Source of the DNA: Tidjanibacter sp.
GTDB taxonomy: Bacteria; Bacteroidota; Bacteroidia; Bacteroidales; Rikenellaceae
Assembly (NCBI GenBank): GCA_045614965.1
Contig: JAZLDY010000029.1
Location: 14,814 to 78,813, forward strand
Direction of reading: 5' to 3'
DNA length: 64,000 nt
Part shown: positions 17,161 through 26,409 of the stretch, piece after piece
How the letters are laid out: the number at the start of each line of letters is the position of its first letter
Numbering within the stretch: the stretch's first letter is position 1
Notes under the pieces: model-generated
What the model saw: only the letters and a program-made list of their open reading frames with translations
What the model was told of the DNA's origin: nothing
Database searches by the model: none
Made by a program: the position numbers and the translations under genes

Positions 17161-17263
17161 TTTTTTTGAAAGGTAGGTTAATAAAGTAATAAAATGCAGT
17201 TTCGGTTATGTCCTATTTTCCCCAGGACTCACGGAGGGTGTAACACACCCACCTAATTCACAA

Positions 17264-17326
17264 CAAAGGTATCTATTGTGCAGAATAAATTACGTTCAAA
17301 AAACGACAATCGCACCTCAAAAAACG
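17264..17326 (-). promoter_or_regulatory. susC promoter with 21-bp-period direct repeat
   Basis: -7 box TACCTTTG (17264-17271); TCAAAAAACG at 17296-17305 and 17317-17326. Confidence 0.6.
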
Positions 17327-17533
17327 CAAAATTACCCCCCCCTCCTCAAAAAGCGTAGGAAACGAAGTGCATTTTTCCTCAATGTGGTGTGTGATTTTTC
17401 ACTCTTTTGATGTTGAAAACAAAAAGTCCCGTTGGTTGAGATTGTTGTTTTGAATATATTTTATACTTTTGTTGTGGTCTAAATTCCTCCTATTTCGCAA
17501 AGTGAACATAAACTATAACCAAAGTTTGATAGT

Positions 17534-18994
17534 ATGACTAAACGTACCTATTTATTATTATGCCTGCTGTTGACAACAATGGGGGCGATGGCTCAACTCT
17601 CCCTGCCCAACGTGTTTGACGACGATATGGTGCTGCAACAAGGCAAGAGGGTTTGTGTGTGGGGCGAGGCTCGCCCTACTGCAAAAGTCAGTGTTTCGTT
17701 TGCAGGACAGAGGGTCGCAACGGTGGCCGATGCGGAGGGTCGGTGGCGACTCTATTTGGACGAGATGACCGCCTCGGCCGAGCCACGCACGCTGGTTGTT
17801 AGTAGCGGTAAGGAGAAGAAGGTATATAAGAATGTGCTTGTGGGCGAGGTGTGGCTCGCTTCGGGCCAGAGCAATATGGAGTACTCTATGGGTAACCACA
17901 ACCACTATCCCCGCCCTGCACGAGGCGATAGGGATGTGTTGATGAAGGCCCACTATGAGGCCAATGATGCGCTTGTGAGGGTGCTCTATGTGAGCCGCAA
18001 TATGAGTGTCGATACCCTGCCCACAACGGGTTGGCACACTGTGGGTTACGAGTCGTTGAAGCCCGTGTCGGCTGCCGGCTATTTCTTTGCCAAAGAGTTG
18101 GCCGACAGCCTGAAAGTGCCCATCGGTCTCATCTCCTCGTCGTGGGGAGGTACACCCGTGGAGGAGTGGACTCCGAGGGAGGCTTTCGAGAAGTCGCAAT
18201 TTGGCAAGGATGTGGACTCCAAGGGCTTCTATGGCAATGTGAAGGTGGCTTGGCGTTACGACCACCTTATCGCCCCTATGGTGCCCTACACCCTGCGTGG
18301 TTTTTTGTGGTACAATGGTGAGCAGAATCTTATGACGGGCGACACGGACATCTATGCCGACAAGCAGATGTTGATGGTGGATGCGTGGCGTGAGGTGTGG
18401 GGCGACGAGCAGATGCCATTCTACTATGTGCAACTTGCCCCCTATGCCTACTCCCACAGGCGCACCCTCGCCACCCCTTTAACTTGGGCAACCCTTCCCC
18501 TCTTCTGGGAGGCCCAAAAGAGGGCTCTTGCGCAACCCCATACGGGTATGGTGTCAACCTTTGACCTCGTGGATGACGTGTCCGAAATACACCCTCCCTA
18601 CAAATGGATTGTGGGTAGTCGTTTGGCAAAAATGGCTCTTGCAAGGAGCTATGGTTTTGAGAATATCGAGCCGGAAGGCCCTGTGTTTAAGGGATATACC
18701 ATCGAGGGCGACCAAGTGGTTGTGGAGTTCGACAATGTGAGTGGCGGGCTGAAAACCTCCGACTCCTCCACTGCTCCCACCTTCTTCTGCCTGGCCGGGG
18801 CCGATGGGCGTTTCTTCCCTGCGGAGGCCAAGATTATCAGCCCCACAAAGATAGCGTTGACCAGCACAAGGGTAAAGGCTTCAAGGGTGGTGGATGTTTG
18901 CTTCGGTTGGGACGAAGAGTCGGGCCACAATTTGCACGGTGGCAACGGCCTGCCTGCACAACCCTTCAACACCCTCTTTATGCGACAGCAGTAG
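17534..18994 (+). CDS. Sialate O-acetylesterase family (SASA) protein
   Basis: GEVWLASGQSNM, WGGT, GFLWYNGEQN, IHPPYK. Confidence 0.92.
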   Translation: MTKRTYLLLCLLLTTMGAMAQLSLPNVFDDDMVLQQGKRVCVWGEARPTAKVSVSFAGQRVATVADAEGRWRLYLDEMTASAEPRTLVVSSGKEKKVYKNVLVGEVWLASGQSNMEYSMGNHNHYPRPARGDRDVLMKAHYEANDALVRVLYVSRNMSVDTLPTTGWHTVGYESLKPVSAAGYFFAKELADSLKVPIGLISSSWGGTPVEEWTPREAFEKSQFGKDVDSKGFYGNVKVAWRYDHLIAPMVPYTLRGFLWYNGEQNLMTGDTDIYADKQMLMVDAWREVWGDEQMPFYYVQLAPYAYSHRRTLATPLTWATLPLFWEAQKRALAQPHTGMVSTFDLVDDVSEIHPPYKWIVGSRLAKMALARSYGFENIEPEGPVFKGYTIEGDQVVVEFDNVSGGLKTSDSSTAPTFFCLAGADGRFFPAEAKIISPTKIALTSTRVKASRVVDVCFGWDEESGHNLHGGNGLPAQPFNTLFMRQQ

Positions 18995-19030
18995 GGTGGG
19001 GCCAATACACGGCCTTGGGCCACACAACAC

Positions 19031-19067
19031 AAAAGGCAGAGAGTTTTCGCTCTCTGCCTTTTCTTTT
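19031..19067. terminator. Bidirectional terminator between the esterase and lysC
   Basis: AAAAGGCAGAGAG/CTCTCTGCCTTTT. Confidence 0.85.
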
Positions 19068-19102
19068 ATCTGCCCCGAAAGTGGGCTATCAGACACTTTT
19101 GT

Positions 19103-20365
19103 TTAGTTGCCCTTTTTGAGGATGCGCACCACTTTGCGGGAACGCTGAGTCATATAGACACTCTCGTCCTCGGCAAACTTGTGGATGTCCTCGGCCTTGT
19201 AGCCACGAATGGTCAGCAACTCCATATCCGTATTGTACTTAACCTCAAAGCCCTTCTCGTGGAGGTCGTCGACAATCTCCGTCAGGTAGCGTGAGGAGTC
19301 GATGCACAAAGCCATACTGATTGCCGAATTTTGCACCAGGTGCACCTTTGCTCTGCGCTTCTCCATCGTGGCAAAAATCTCTGCCATACGCTCCTCCAAG
19401 ATGAACGAGTAGTCCTTGGGCTTGATGGACAAGAGCGTTTGGTTCTTTTTCAGAATGAGGATGGGTACATCAATGGGTTTGGAGATGCTCTCCTTGATGA
19501 CACTACCCGGCAACGAGGGGTTTACAAAGCACCTCACATAGAGTGGAATGTTCTTATTTTGAAGTGGTTTGATGGTCTTGGGGTGGATAATCTGCGCACC
19601 GCTGTATGCCAACTCGATAGCATCGAGGTAGGTGAGTTCGGGGATGTAGGTTACGTTGTCGAAAATCTTGGGGTCGCCATTGAGGATACCCTCCACGTCC
19701 TTCCAAATCGACACGCTCTCGGCATCGAGAATGTAGCCCGCAACGGCTGCCGAGTAGTCGGAGCCCTCACGTCCAATGGTGGTGGTTGCACCCTGCTCGG
19801 TGGCTCCAATGAAACCCTGACCTACGATGATGCGCTCGTCGGACAACTCCACCGCTTTGCGCAGTCTGGGGGTGGAAGCCTCAATGTCGATGTTTGCATC
19901 ACGGAAGCGGTTGGTCGTGAGAAACATACGCCTCATATCGAGCCACTCGCAACCGATGCCGTCGTGGTTGAGGTAGTCGCTCACGATGGCGGTGGAGATA
20001 AGTTCGCCGAAGCTGACGATGCGGTCGTACCACTCCTCATAGCTCTTGCTTGCGGGGTTGGCAACGGTGATAATCTCCTCCAACTCCTCATAGAAGCCCC
20101 TCACCCTTTGTGGCAAGTGGGGCTCTCCCCACAGGTCGGCAAGGATGCCTGCGTGATAATCAACCACTGCCTGCATTGCCACCACTGCTTCGCCCGTGCG
20201 ACCGCCCCAAAAGGCGTCCACGATTTTCTCCAACGCATTGGTTGTCTTGCCCATAGCCGACACCACGATAAACAACCTGCCCTCGGTCTGTCGTGCAATG
20301 TTTGCGAGATTTCTCACACCTGCGGCCTCCTTAACAGAGGCACCTCCGAATTTGTAAATCTTCAT
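19103..20365 (-). CDS. lysC: Aspartate kinase
   Basis: YKFGGASV, VVSAMGKTTN, TTIGREGSDYSA, IWKDVEG, HPKTIKP. Confidence 0.96.
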   Translation of the reverse strand: MKIYKFGGASVKEAAGVRNLANIARQTEGRLFIVVSAMGKTTNALEKIVDAFWGGRTGEAVVAMQAVVDYHAGILADLWGEPHLPQRVRGFYEELEEIITVANPASKSYEEWYDRIVSFGELISTAIVSDYLNHDGIGCEWLDMRRMFLTTNRFRDANIDIEASTPRLRKAVELSDERIIVGQGFIGATEQGATTTIGREGSDYSAAVAGYILDAESVSIWKDVEGILNGDPKIFDNVTYIPELTYLDAIELAYSGAQIIHPKTIKPLQNKNIPLYVRCFVNPSLPGSVIKESISKPIDVPILILKKNQTLLSIKPKDYSFILEERMAEIFATMEKRRAKVHLVQNSAISMALCIDSSRYLTEIVDDLHEKGFEVKYNTDMELLTIRGYKAEDIHKFAEDESVYMTQRSRKVVRILKKGN

Positions 20366-21655
20366 TTATTCGCTTTTGTTTTCGCTCTTGTTGTTGTAGA
20401 ATTTGTACATCTCCTCACAAGCAAGCGACATCTTCGTTACGGAGAAGTCCTCGCCCTGGGGGAATACAAACATTGTGTCCGTGAGGGTGCTCAGGTCGAT
20501 ACAATCACGGTGCCACTTGCGGAAGTCATACTCGATGTGAATCGAGTAGCGGGCCTGTGCAGGGATTTGCATCTCATACTGCACGCCGTCAAACTCGCCC
20601 ACGAGGTGGAAACCGGTCATATCGTGGGTGAACATACCTTCGCCCACATCAATAAATCTCTTGGGGTTGGGCAGCGAGCGCACGTCGGATTTAATCTTGA
20701 TACCGTAGGTGCCGGCCTCTACCTCCTTGCGCACATTCTCCCTCTCCCACTCATACCAATCGGGGATGTGCGAGAAGTATGTTTCGCCCTCGGTGGCCTC
20801 CAACTGACCATACTCGTTCATATACCAGCGGTGGCCACACTCCTTGCACCACACCTCGGCACCCTCCGATGTCATACGATACTCCTTACCGCAGTGGGGG
20901 CACTGATAGAGAACGTGGTGAAGTCCCTCGGCACGGTTTTTCTTGACCATACGGATTTGGTTGTCCCTCTGCCAAGCGAAGTCGTCATAGACAAACTCCC
21001 TGTCGATAACCTCCATAATCTGGTTGTAGTCCATCTTCTCAATCTCCTCCACATCGAGGATTTTCTTCATCGTTGCGGTGGTTTTGATGAGTCTGTCGCC
21101 GGTGTGCCAGAAGGGTGAGTTGATGTGGTTGCCCTGTGTGATGAGGGTTACCACGGGCATTTTGAGCAACTTGACAAGCTTACCCAACGAAGGGGGAAGG
21201 ATGGCGTTGGTGCCACACAACGAGTAGCGTGCTTCGGGATAGAAGGCCACGATTTTCTTGCGGTCGGCCACGCCACGCAGTTGGCGCACAAGGCGGGTGT
21301 CGTTGGTAAACTTACGCTTGGGGATACATCCAACTCTTGCCATCAGCCACGACAACAAACCACCAATGCCCACAAAGCCGTCGATGGCTACGATGTAGTA
21401 GGCGTGGTTGGGGAAGGTGGCCTTGATGGCGACCATAAAGTCGTAGAAGGCGTTGTGGTTACACAGCAACAGGTAGGGCCTTTTCACACCCTCCATACCG
21501 ATTTTCTTCACAGTAGTACGGTGGAGCCAAGTTACGGGGAACGAAGCTATCCACATTACGGGGCGCAACCACCACGAAATCTTGCGTGGTTTGCGGGCCA
21601 TATCGAGGCGCTTTACGCCCTCCAAAGGCATCGAAATTGCTTTCTCTTTGTTCAT
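20366..21655 (-). CDS. PlsC-like acyltransferase with C-terminal Cys4 zinc-ribbon extension
   Basis: CNHNAFYD, FYPEARYS, CPHC...CKEC; start placed at MNKEK; stop abuts the lysC start. Confidence 0.85.
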   Translation of the reverse strand: MNKEKAISMPLEGVKRLDMARKPRKISWWLRPVMWIASFPVTWLHRTTVKKIGMEGVKRPYLLLCNHNAFYDFMVAIKATFPNHAYYIVAIDGFVGIGGLLSWLMARVGCIPKRKFTNDTRLVRQLRGVADRKKIVAFYPEARYSLCGTNAILPPSLGKLVKLLKMPVVTLITQGNHINSPFWHTGDRLIKTTATMKKILDVEEIEKMDYNQIMEVIDREFVYDDFAWQRDNQIRMVKKNRAEGLHHVLYQCPHCGKEYRMTSEGAEVWCKECGHRWYMNEYGQLEATEGETYFSHIPDWYEWERENVRKEVEAGTYGIKIKSDVRSLPNPKRFIDVGEGMFTHDMTGFHLVGEFDGVQYEMQIPAQARYSIHIEYDFRKWHRDCIDLSTLTDTMFVFPQGEDFSVTKMSLACEEMYKFYNNKSENKSE

Positions 21656-21779
21656 AAAAAAATATTTTTTCTCCCTTAATAGGCTACAAATATAGTACAA
21701 TTTTGAAAAAGGTCGGTATTTGGGGTGGTATTCCCGTCTATTTTTTGCATATTTGCACGATATATCAATTTTAGACGTT

Positions 21780-22601
21780 ATGTACACAGAACTGAAAAAT
21801 AGGATTGAACGTGCGTGGGAGGATGCAACTCTTCTCCACGAGCCCGAGATTTTGGACGCCATCGAACAGGTTGTGGCTCTGCTCGACAAGGGCGAGTTGC
21901 GAGTGGCCGAGCCCAAGGAGGATGGCACCTGGCAGGTGAACGAGTGGGTCAAGAAGGCTGTTATTCTCTACTTCCCCACCCACGAGATGACCACCTCCAA
22001 TGCCGGCGACTTGGAGTTTTACGACAAGTTGCCCCTCAAACGAGGCTACAAGGAACTTGGCGTGAGGGTGGTGCCCCACGCAGTGGCTCGCTATGGTGCC
22101 TATCTGGCCAAGGGTGTGATTATGATGCCCTCCTATGTCAACATAGGTGCCTATGTGGACAGTGGCACTATGGTCGATACTTGGGCCACGGTTGGCTCGT
22201 GCGCCCAGATTGGCAAGGGTGTACACCTAAGCGGTGGCGTGGGTGTCGGTGGCGTGTTGGAGCCCGTGCAGGCAGCCCCCGTGATTGTTGAGGACAACTG
22301 CTTCCTCGGGTCGAGGTGTATTGTGGTGGAGGGTGCACACATTGGCCGTGAGGCTGTGCTGGGTGCCAACACTGTGATTACGGCCTCCACAAAGATTATT
22401 GACGTTACGGGGCCCGAGCCTGTGGAGTATAAGGGCTATGTGCCTCCTCGCTCGGTGGTTATCCCCGGCAGTTATACCCGCAAGTATCCCGCAGGAGAGT
22501 ATCAGGTAACCTGTGCGCTCATCATTGGACAGCGCAAGGAGAGCACCGACAAGAAGACCTCTCTGAACGATGCACTCCGTGAGTTTGGCGTGTCGGTATA
22601 A
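21780..22601 (+). CDS. dapD: Tetrahydrodipicolinate N-succinyltransferase
   Basis: WQVNEWVKKAVILYF, MPSYVNIGAYVD, DTWATVGSCAQIG, GGVLEP. Confidence 0.97.
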   Translation: MYTELKNRIERAWEDATLLHEPEILDAIEQVVALLDKGELRVAEPKEDGTWQVNEWVKKAVILYFPTHEMTTSNAGDLEFYDKLPLKRGYKELGVRVVPHAVARYGAYLAKGVIMMPSYVNIGAYVDSGTMVDTWATVGSCAQIGKGVHLSGGVGVGGVLEPVQAAPVIVEDNCFLGSRCIVVEGAHIGREAVLGANTVITASTKIIDVTGPEPVEYKGYVPPRSVVIPGSYTRKYPAGEYQVTCALIIGQRKESTDKKTSLNDALREFGVSV

Positions 22602-22835
22602 CGTCGACCGTCGACCGTCGACCGTCAACCGTCGACCGTCAACCGTCAACCGACAACCGTCAATTCAAAATGTTCCCACCCCTTTTCTCGGGTATCTTTT
22701 TTAATACCCGAGAGGTTGGGGAGTATTAGGAAGGTTTGGGAGCACCACAACCACCCCTCTCCTAAGTTAGGAGAGGTGCCCGAAGGGCGGAGAGGTGTGT
22801 CAATTTTCCATTTTCCATTTTCCATTTTCAATTTG
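22602..22835. repeat. Intergenic mosaic: (CCGTC[G/A]A)n, 22-bp palindrome, REP-like hairpin, (TTTTCCA)n
   Basis: All modules directly visible between dapD and birA. Confidence 0.9.
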
Positions 22836-22839
22836 AACA

Positions 22840-23571
22840 ATGGCAGTTTTTGTATTCAAACAGATGGGCTCCACCAATGCCGAGTGTAAGAACCCCTGCT
22901 ATGCACACGGCGACGCTGTGGTGGCGGTGGAGCAGACCGCAGGCAGGGGACAGAGGGGTAATGTGTGGAGCAGTAAGGCGGGCGAGAATTTGACCTTCTC
23001 GCTGGTGTGGGAGGCCGATTTTTTGGCCGCCCGAGAGCAGTTTTTACTCTCCGAGGCAGTGGCCCTTGCGCTTGTGGACACCCTTGCGGGCTATGGCTTG
23101 GAGGCCACCATCAAGTGGCCCAACGATATCTATGTGGGCCACAAGAAGATTTGCGGCATACTCATAGAGCACGACCTGGGCATAGCCGGCCGCCTTGCCC
23201 GTACCATTGTGGGCATTGGCCTAAACGTGAACCAAACCGAGTTTGAGGAGTGGATTCCCAACCCCACCTCCATTGCCCTGCTCACGGGCGAGAGGAGGGG
23301 TACGAACGATGTGTTTGGCGACCTCTACGAGGCGTTGGAACGTAGGTTTGAGCAGTTGAAGAGCGCACCGGAGAGAGTGCAGACCGACTATCTGGCCCGA
23401 CTCTACCGCCTCAACAAACCCTCCACCTATGCGCTTCCCGATGGCAAACAGTTCAGGGGGACCATCAAGGATGTTCGCCCCACGGGAGAACTGATGGTGG
23501 AGCACGAAGAGGGAGGCTTTGTAAAGCCCTATCTTTTCAAGGAGATTGAGTTTGTCTTGAACGGCCGTTAG
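22840..23571 (+). CDS. birA: Biotin-protein ligase (no HTH domain)
   Basis: STN, QTAGRGQRG, IKWPNDIY, KICGILIE, GIGLNVNQ. Confidence 0.95.
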   Translation: MAVFVFKQMGSTNAECKNPCYAHGDAVVAVEQTAGRGQRGNVWSSKAGENLTFSLVWEADFLAAREQFLLSEAVALALVDTLAGYGLEATIKWPNDIYVGHKKICGILIEHDLGIAGRLARTIVGIGLNVNQTEFEEWIPNPTSIALLTGERRGTNDVFGDLYEALERRFEQLKSAPERVQTDYLARLYRLNKPSTYALPDGKQFRGTIKDVRPTGELMVEHEEGGFVKPYLFKEIEFVLNGR

Positions 23572-23590
23572 ACTTTTTTCAATCGTGTGA

Positions 23591-23617
23591 TGCAACTTTT
23601 TGAGGGCTCTGTGCATC
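23591..23617 (+). promoter_or_regulatory. Putative ECF-sigma-dependent (autoregulatory) promoter
   Basis: TGCAAC-N15-TGCATC directly upstream of the ECF sigma gene. Confidence 0.45.
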
Positions 23618-23641
23618 ATACACAATAGATGACACAAAACA

Positions 23642-24202
23642 TTGACACAGGAGCAAATCATAGAGGGTTGTCGCAGGGGCGACAACGATGCTCGCAAGGC
23701 ACTCTACCAGCACTACGCCCCACTGATGTTTGGCGTGGTGAGGAGGTATGTGAGTGAGCGAGCCGCCGCCGAGGATATCCTGCACGATGGTTTTGTGGTG
23801 CTCTATACCAAGATTGGCGATTGGAGGGGCGAGGGGCCTTTTGATGCTTGGTGCAGGCGCATATTTGTAAACGCCGCCCTTTCGTTTCTGCGTAAGAAGA
23901 GTAACCTTGGGGCCGAGGTAGACATTGGCGATTTGCCGCCCAATAGGATAGAGGGGGTGAGGCCGCAAGCTCTGGAACGGCTCTCGGCCGAGGAACTCAA
24001 ACGGGCCATAGACAGCCTGCCCGACGGATATAGAACGGTGCTAAACCTCTATGCTATTGAGGGATACACCCACGCCGAGATAGGCCAAATGTTGGGCATT
24101 AGCGAGGTTACAAGTCGCTCGCAATACATCAGGGCCAAGACACGATTGGCCGAAAGACTTGGAATGACGAACAAGAACAAACAAAACAATGGAGAAGGAT
24201 AA
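23642..24202 (+). CDS. ECF sigma factor (TTG start)
   Basis: AEDILHDGF, WCRRIFVN, LPDGYRTVLNLYAIEGYTHAEIGQMLGI. Confidence 0.93.
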   Translation: MTQEQIIEGCRRGDNDARKALYQHYAPLMFGVVRRYVSERAAAEDILHDGFVVLYTKIGDWRGEGPFDAWCRRIFVNAALSFLRKKSNLGAEVDIGDLPPNRIEGVRPQALERLSAEELKRAIDSLPDGYRTVLNLYAIEGYTHAEIGQMLGISEVTSRSQYIRAKTRLAERLGMTNKNKQNNGEG

Positions 24203-25490
24203 GCGTGATAAATTTGAACAGCTCCTTATGGAGCGACTTGGGGAGTTCCGAGAGGAGCCTTCCGAGGGGCTGTTCGACCGCATCGAGGCAAGCCTTCTCG
24301 ATGTACAGATGGCTCCACAAGTGGTGGAGGAAGCTCTGCAGGTGGTCGTTAGGACTCCTCTGTGGCGTAGGCCTGCTGTGAGGTGGGCCCTCTCGGTGGC
24401 TGCTGCGGTGGTTTTGTTTGGCGTGGTGCTTTTTGTTGGTAGGGATAGTGGTGTTCCCCAAGAGGTGCTTTTGACGGAGAGCGTGGAGGCCACAATTCAG
24501 ACCACTCCTATTGTGGAATTGGTGGCGCAAGAGGCCACGGTGGAGGATATTGTAGCCAAGGTGTCTGCTCCCAAGGTGGATGTTAAGAGGGTGGCAACGG
24601 TGGCTAATGACTCCCTGGTGGCTGTGGCTGTGGTAGAGGCCGAAGAGCAACAACCTCTGTCTGCTGCCGAGCAGAAGGCCGAGGAGAGCCGCCCCCCGAA
24701 GCGCACTTCTTCCTATAAGGCCACACGAGCCCACCACCCCCGCAAGAGCGACGAGGAGATTGAGGCCTATTGGAGGGCTATCCTCGGACTTGATGAGGAG
24801 CCTCGCAAGCTTGGCCTTGCTCACCCAACCGAGGTGTCGCTCTATGCAGCCAATGTGGGCTTCAATCAGGGCGATATGATTCTTCGCAACATTGCGAGTG
24901 GCTCAATGGTTGTCAACGAACACAGCCTTCCCTATGGCGATGCGGGCCTGTCGGGAACAAATGTTTTCAAGGCACCCCAGAGAAACAATCGACTCAAACA
25001 CTATATGCCCGTGTCGGTGGGCCTTACAGCAAGCTATGCACTTGCCGATTGGATTGCTCTGGAAACGGGCCTTGTTTACACCCACCTCTACTCCCGTAGC
25101 GACAACGAGGGGCAGATGAGCAACTATGTCTGCAAGCGAGATATGCACTATTTGGGCATTCCCTTGGGTGCTTCGTTCCGCTTTGCCGGTTGGGATAGGT
25201 GGGGCTTGTATGGCAAGTTGGGGGCAACCTTTGAGCAATGTGTGAGCGCAAAGGATTCCTATTTTGTCAATGGCAAGAAGGATATTGTTACCAACCTCAA
25301 CACTTCGGGGTTGCAGTTGTCGTTGGATGCCGCTGCGGGTGTCAACTATATGTTGTGGGGCGGTGTGGGACTCTATGGCGAGGCCGGAGTATCCTATTGG
25401 CAATCGCTTGCACAGCACCCCGATAACTATCGCACGGAGAACCCGTTGAGCCTGACGTGTAGGGTTGGCGTGAGGTTTACGTTCCGTTAG
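24189..25490 (+). CDS. Anti-sigma-like N-terminus fused to an outer-membrane beta-barrel (PorT-like)
   Basis: Overlaps the sigma gene; single TM segment near residue 65; HYMPVSVGL, HYLGIPL, C-terminal GVRFTFR. Confidence 0.75.
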   Translation: MEKDKRDKFEQLLMERLGEFREEPSEGLFDRIEASLLDVQMAPQVVEEALQVVVRTPLWRRPAVRWALSVAAAVVLFGVVLFVGRDSGVPQEVLLTESVEATIQTTPIVELVAQEATVEDIVAKVSAPKVDVKRVATVANDSLVAVAVVEAEEQQPLSAAEQKAEESRPPKRTSSYKATRAHHPRKSDEEIEAYWRAILGLDEEPRKLGLAHPTEVSLYAANVGFNQGDMILRNIASGSMVVNEHSLPYGDAGLSGTNVFKAPQRNNRLKHYMPVSVGLTASYALADWIALETGLVYTHLYSRSDNEGQMSNYVCKRDMHYLGIPLGASFRFAGWDRWGLYGKLGATFEQCVSAKDSYFVNGKKDIVTNLNTSGLQLSLDAAAGVNYMLWGGVGLYGEAGVSYWQSLAQHPDNYRTENPLSLTCRVGVRFTFR

Positions 25491-25532
25491 GGGGTGTGCA
25501 GAGAGATAAATTGAGAAAAACAGATAGAAACT

Positions 25533-26279
25533 ATGAAGAAAATTTTTTGCAAAATTGCACTTTTGACTGCCGTGGTTTTTGGCACGGCTTCTTGCTCGGA
25601 TTGGCTCGATATTGACGAGAGCCAAAACCGATATGTTTCGTTGGGTGAGTTGGACCCCGTAACCCGCACCATTAAGGGCGACTATGGCGAACTGCTGCGC
25701 ATTGTGGAGGTTGGCCCGAGTGCATCCGACGAGGTGGAGGGGACAGCAAAGAGAAGGGTGTGCTTCAACTACTCGGTGCTGAAACGCAATGCCGACGCAC
25801 AAAATAGTGTCAACATCCGCATCAACGAGTTCTATCCTTTGGTGGTTGAGGGCATTAGGTCGCTCTCGGTGCTCGATGAGAATGAGCGTGCCGAGTTGGG
25901 TAAAACACCCGCAACACCTGTACAAGCGGCCATCAGTGGTGGTTTTGTGAATGTCCAGATGGCCTATGTAACAATGGATGCCGAGGGTGTGGACTTTGAG
26001 TGGGAACTCGTTTATGACGACACCGAGGGTGCATCCACCGACAATACTCTCGTGCTGCAAATCTGCCACAAGGGTAAAGATGTAACCAAGCAACCCTCCG
26101 ACAATAGTAGTTACTCCTATCAATGGGCCTCCTTTGAGTTGAGCGAAGAGGTGCTCGAAAGGTATGGCAACAAGACCTCCTACGACCTGATGGTGGTCTT
26201 CCGCTATAAGTGGTGGAACAATGCAGGCGAGATTGTGGACAATGTGGTAAACCTTGCCCCCTCTCCTTATAGCCTCTAA
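25533..26279 (+). CDS. NigD-like lipoprotein
   Basis: Lipobox TASC; R-V-x-F-N-Y-S, GGFVN and L-x-I-x-H patterns recalled from the NigD family. Confidence 0.55.
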   Translation: MKKIFCKIALLTAVVFGTASCSDWLDIDESQNRYVSLGELDPVTRTIKGDYGELLRIVEVGPSASDEVEGTAKRRVCFNYSVLKRNADAQNSVNIRINEFYPLVVEGIRSLSVLDENERAELGKTPATPVQAAISGGFVNVQMAYVTMDAEGVDFEWELVYDDTEGASTDNTLVLQICHKGKDVTKQPSDNSSYSYQWASFELSEEVLERYGNKTSYDLMVVFRYKWWNNAGEIVDNVVNLAPSPYSL

Positions 26280-26409
26280 TGGGGGCGGGAGCGTGAAAAT
26301 CGACTTTCTCCGACTGAAAGTTTAATATATGTGTGTGGTGAGAGCCGACTTGTGATTTGCAAGTCGGCTTTTTTGTGTACCTTTGTGGCAAAGAATAACG
26401 AAGAAACGG

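Noticed and set aside
4457-19100. PUL-1 as an island integrated at tRNA-Lys
   Set aside because: No integrase and no duplicated tRNA 3' end found at the far boundary; most PUL genes have host-like composition.
1-22601. dapF, tRNA-Lys, lysC and dapD as a regulated lysine cluster with a riboswitch
   Set aside because: Genes are dispersed and on different strands; lysC has no leader because it is coupled to the upstream gene; no L-box features seen.
22602-22835. CRISPR array
   Set aside because: Units are 7 bp with no unique spacers, and no cas genes are present.
23642-26279. ECF sigma plus beta-barrel anti-sigma-like gene plus NigD-like gene as a new system
   Set aside because: A common Bacteroidetes arrangement; nothing in the sequence marks this copy as unusual.
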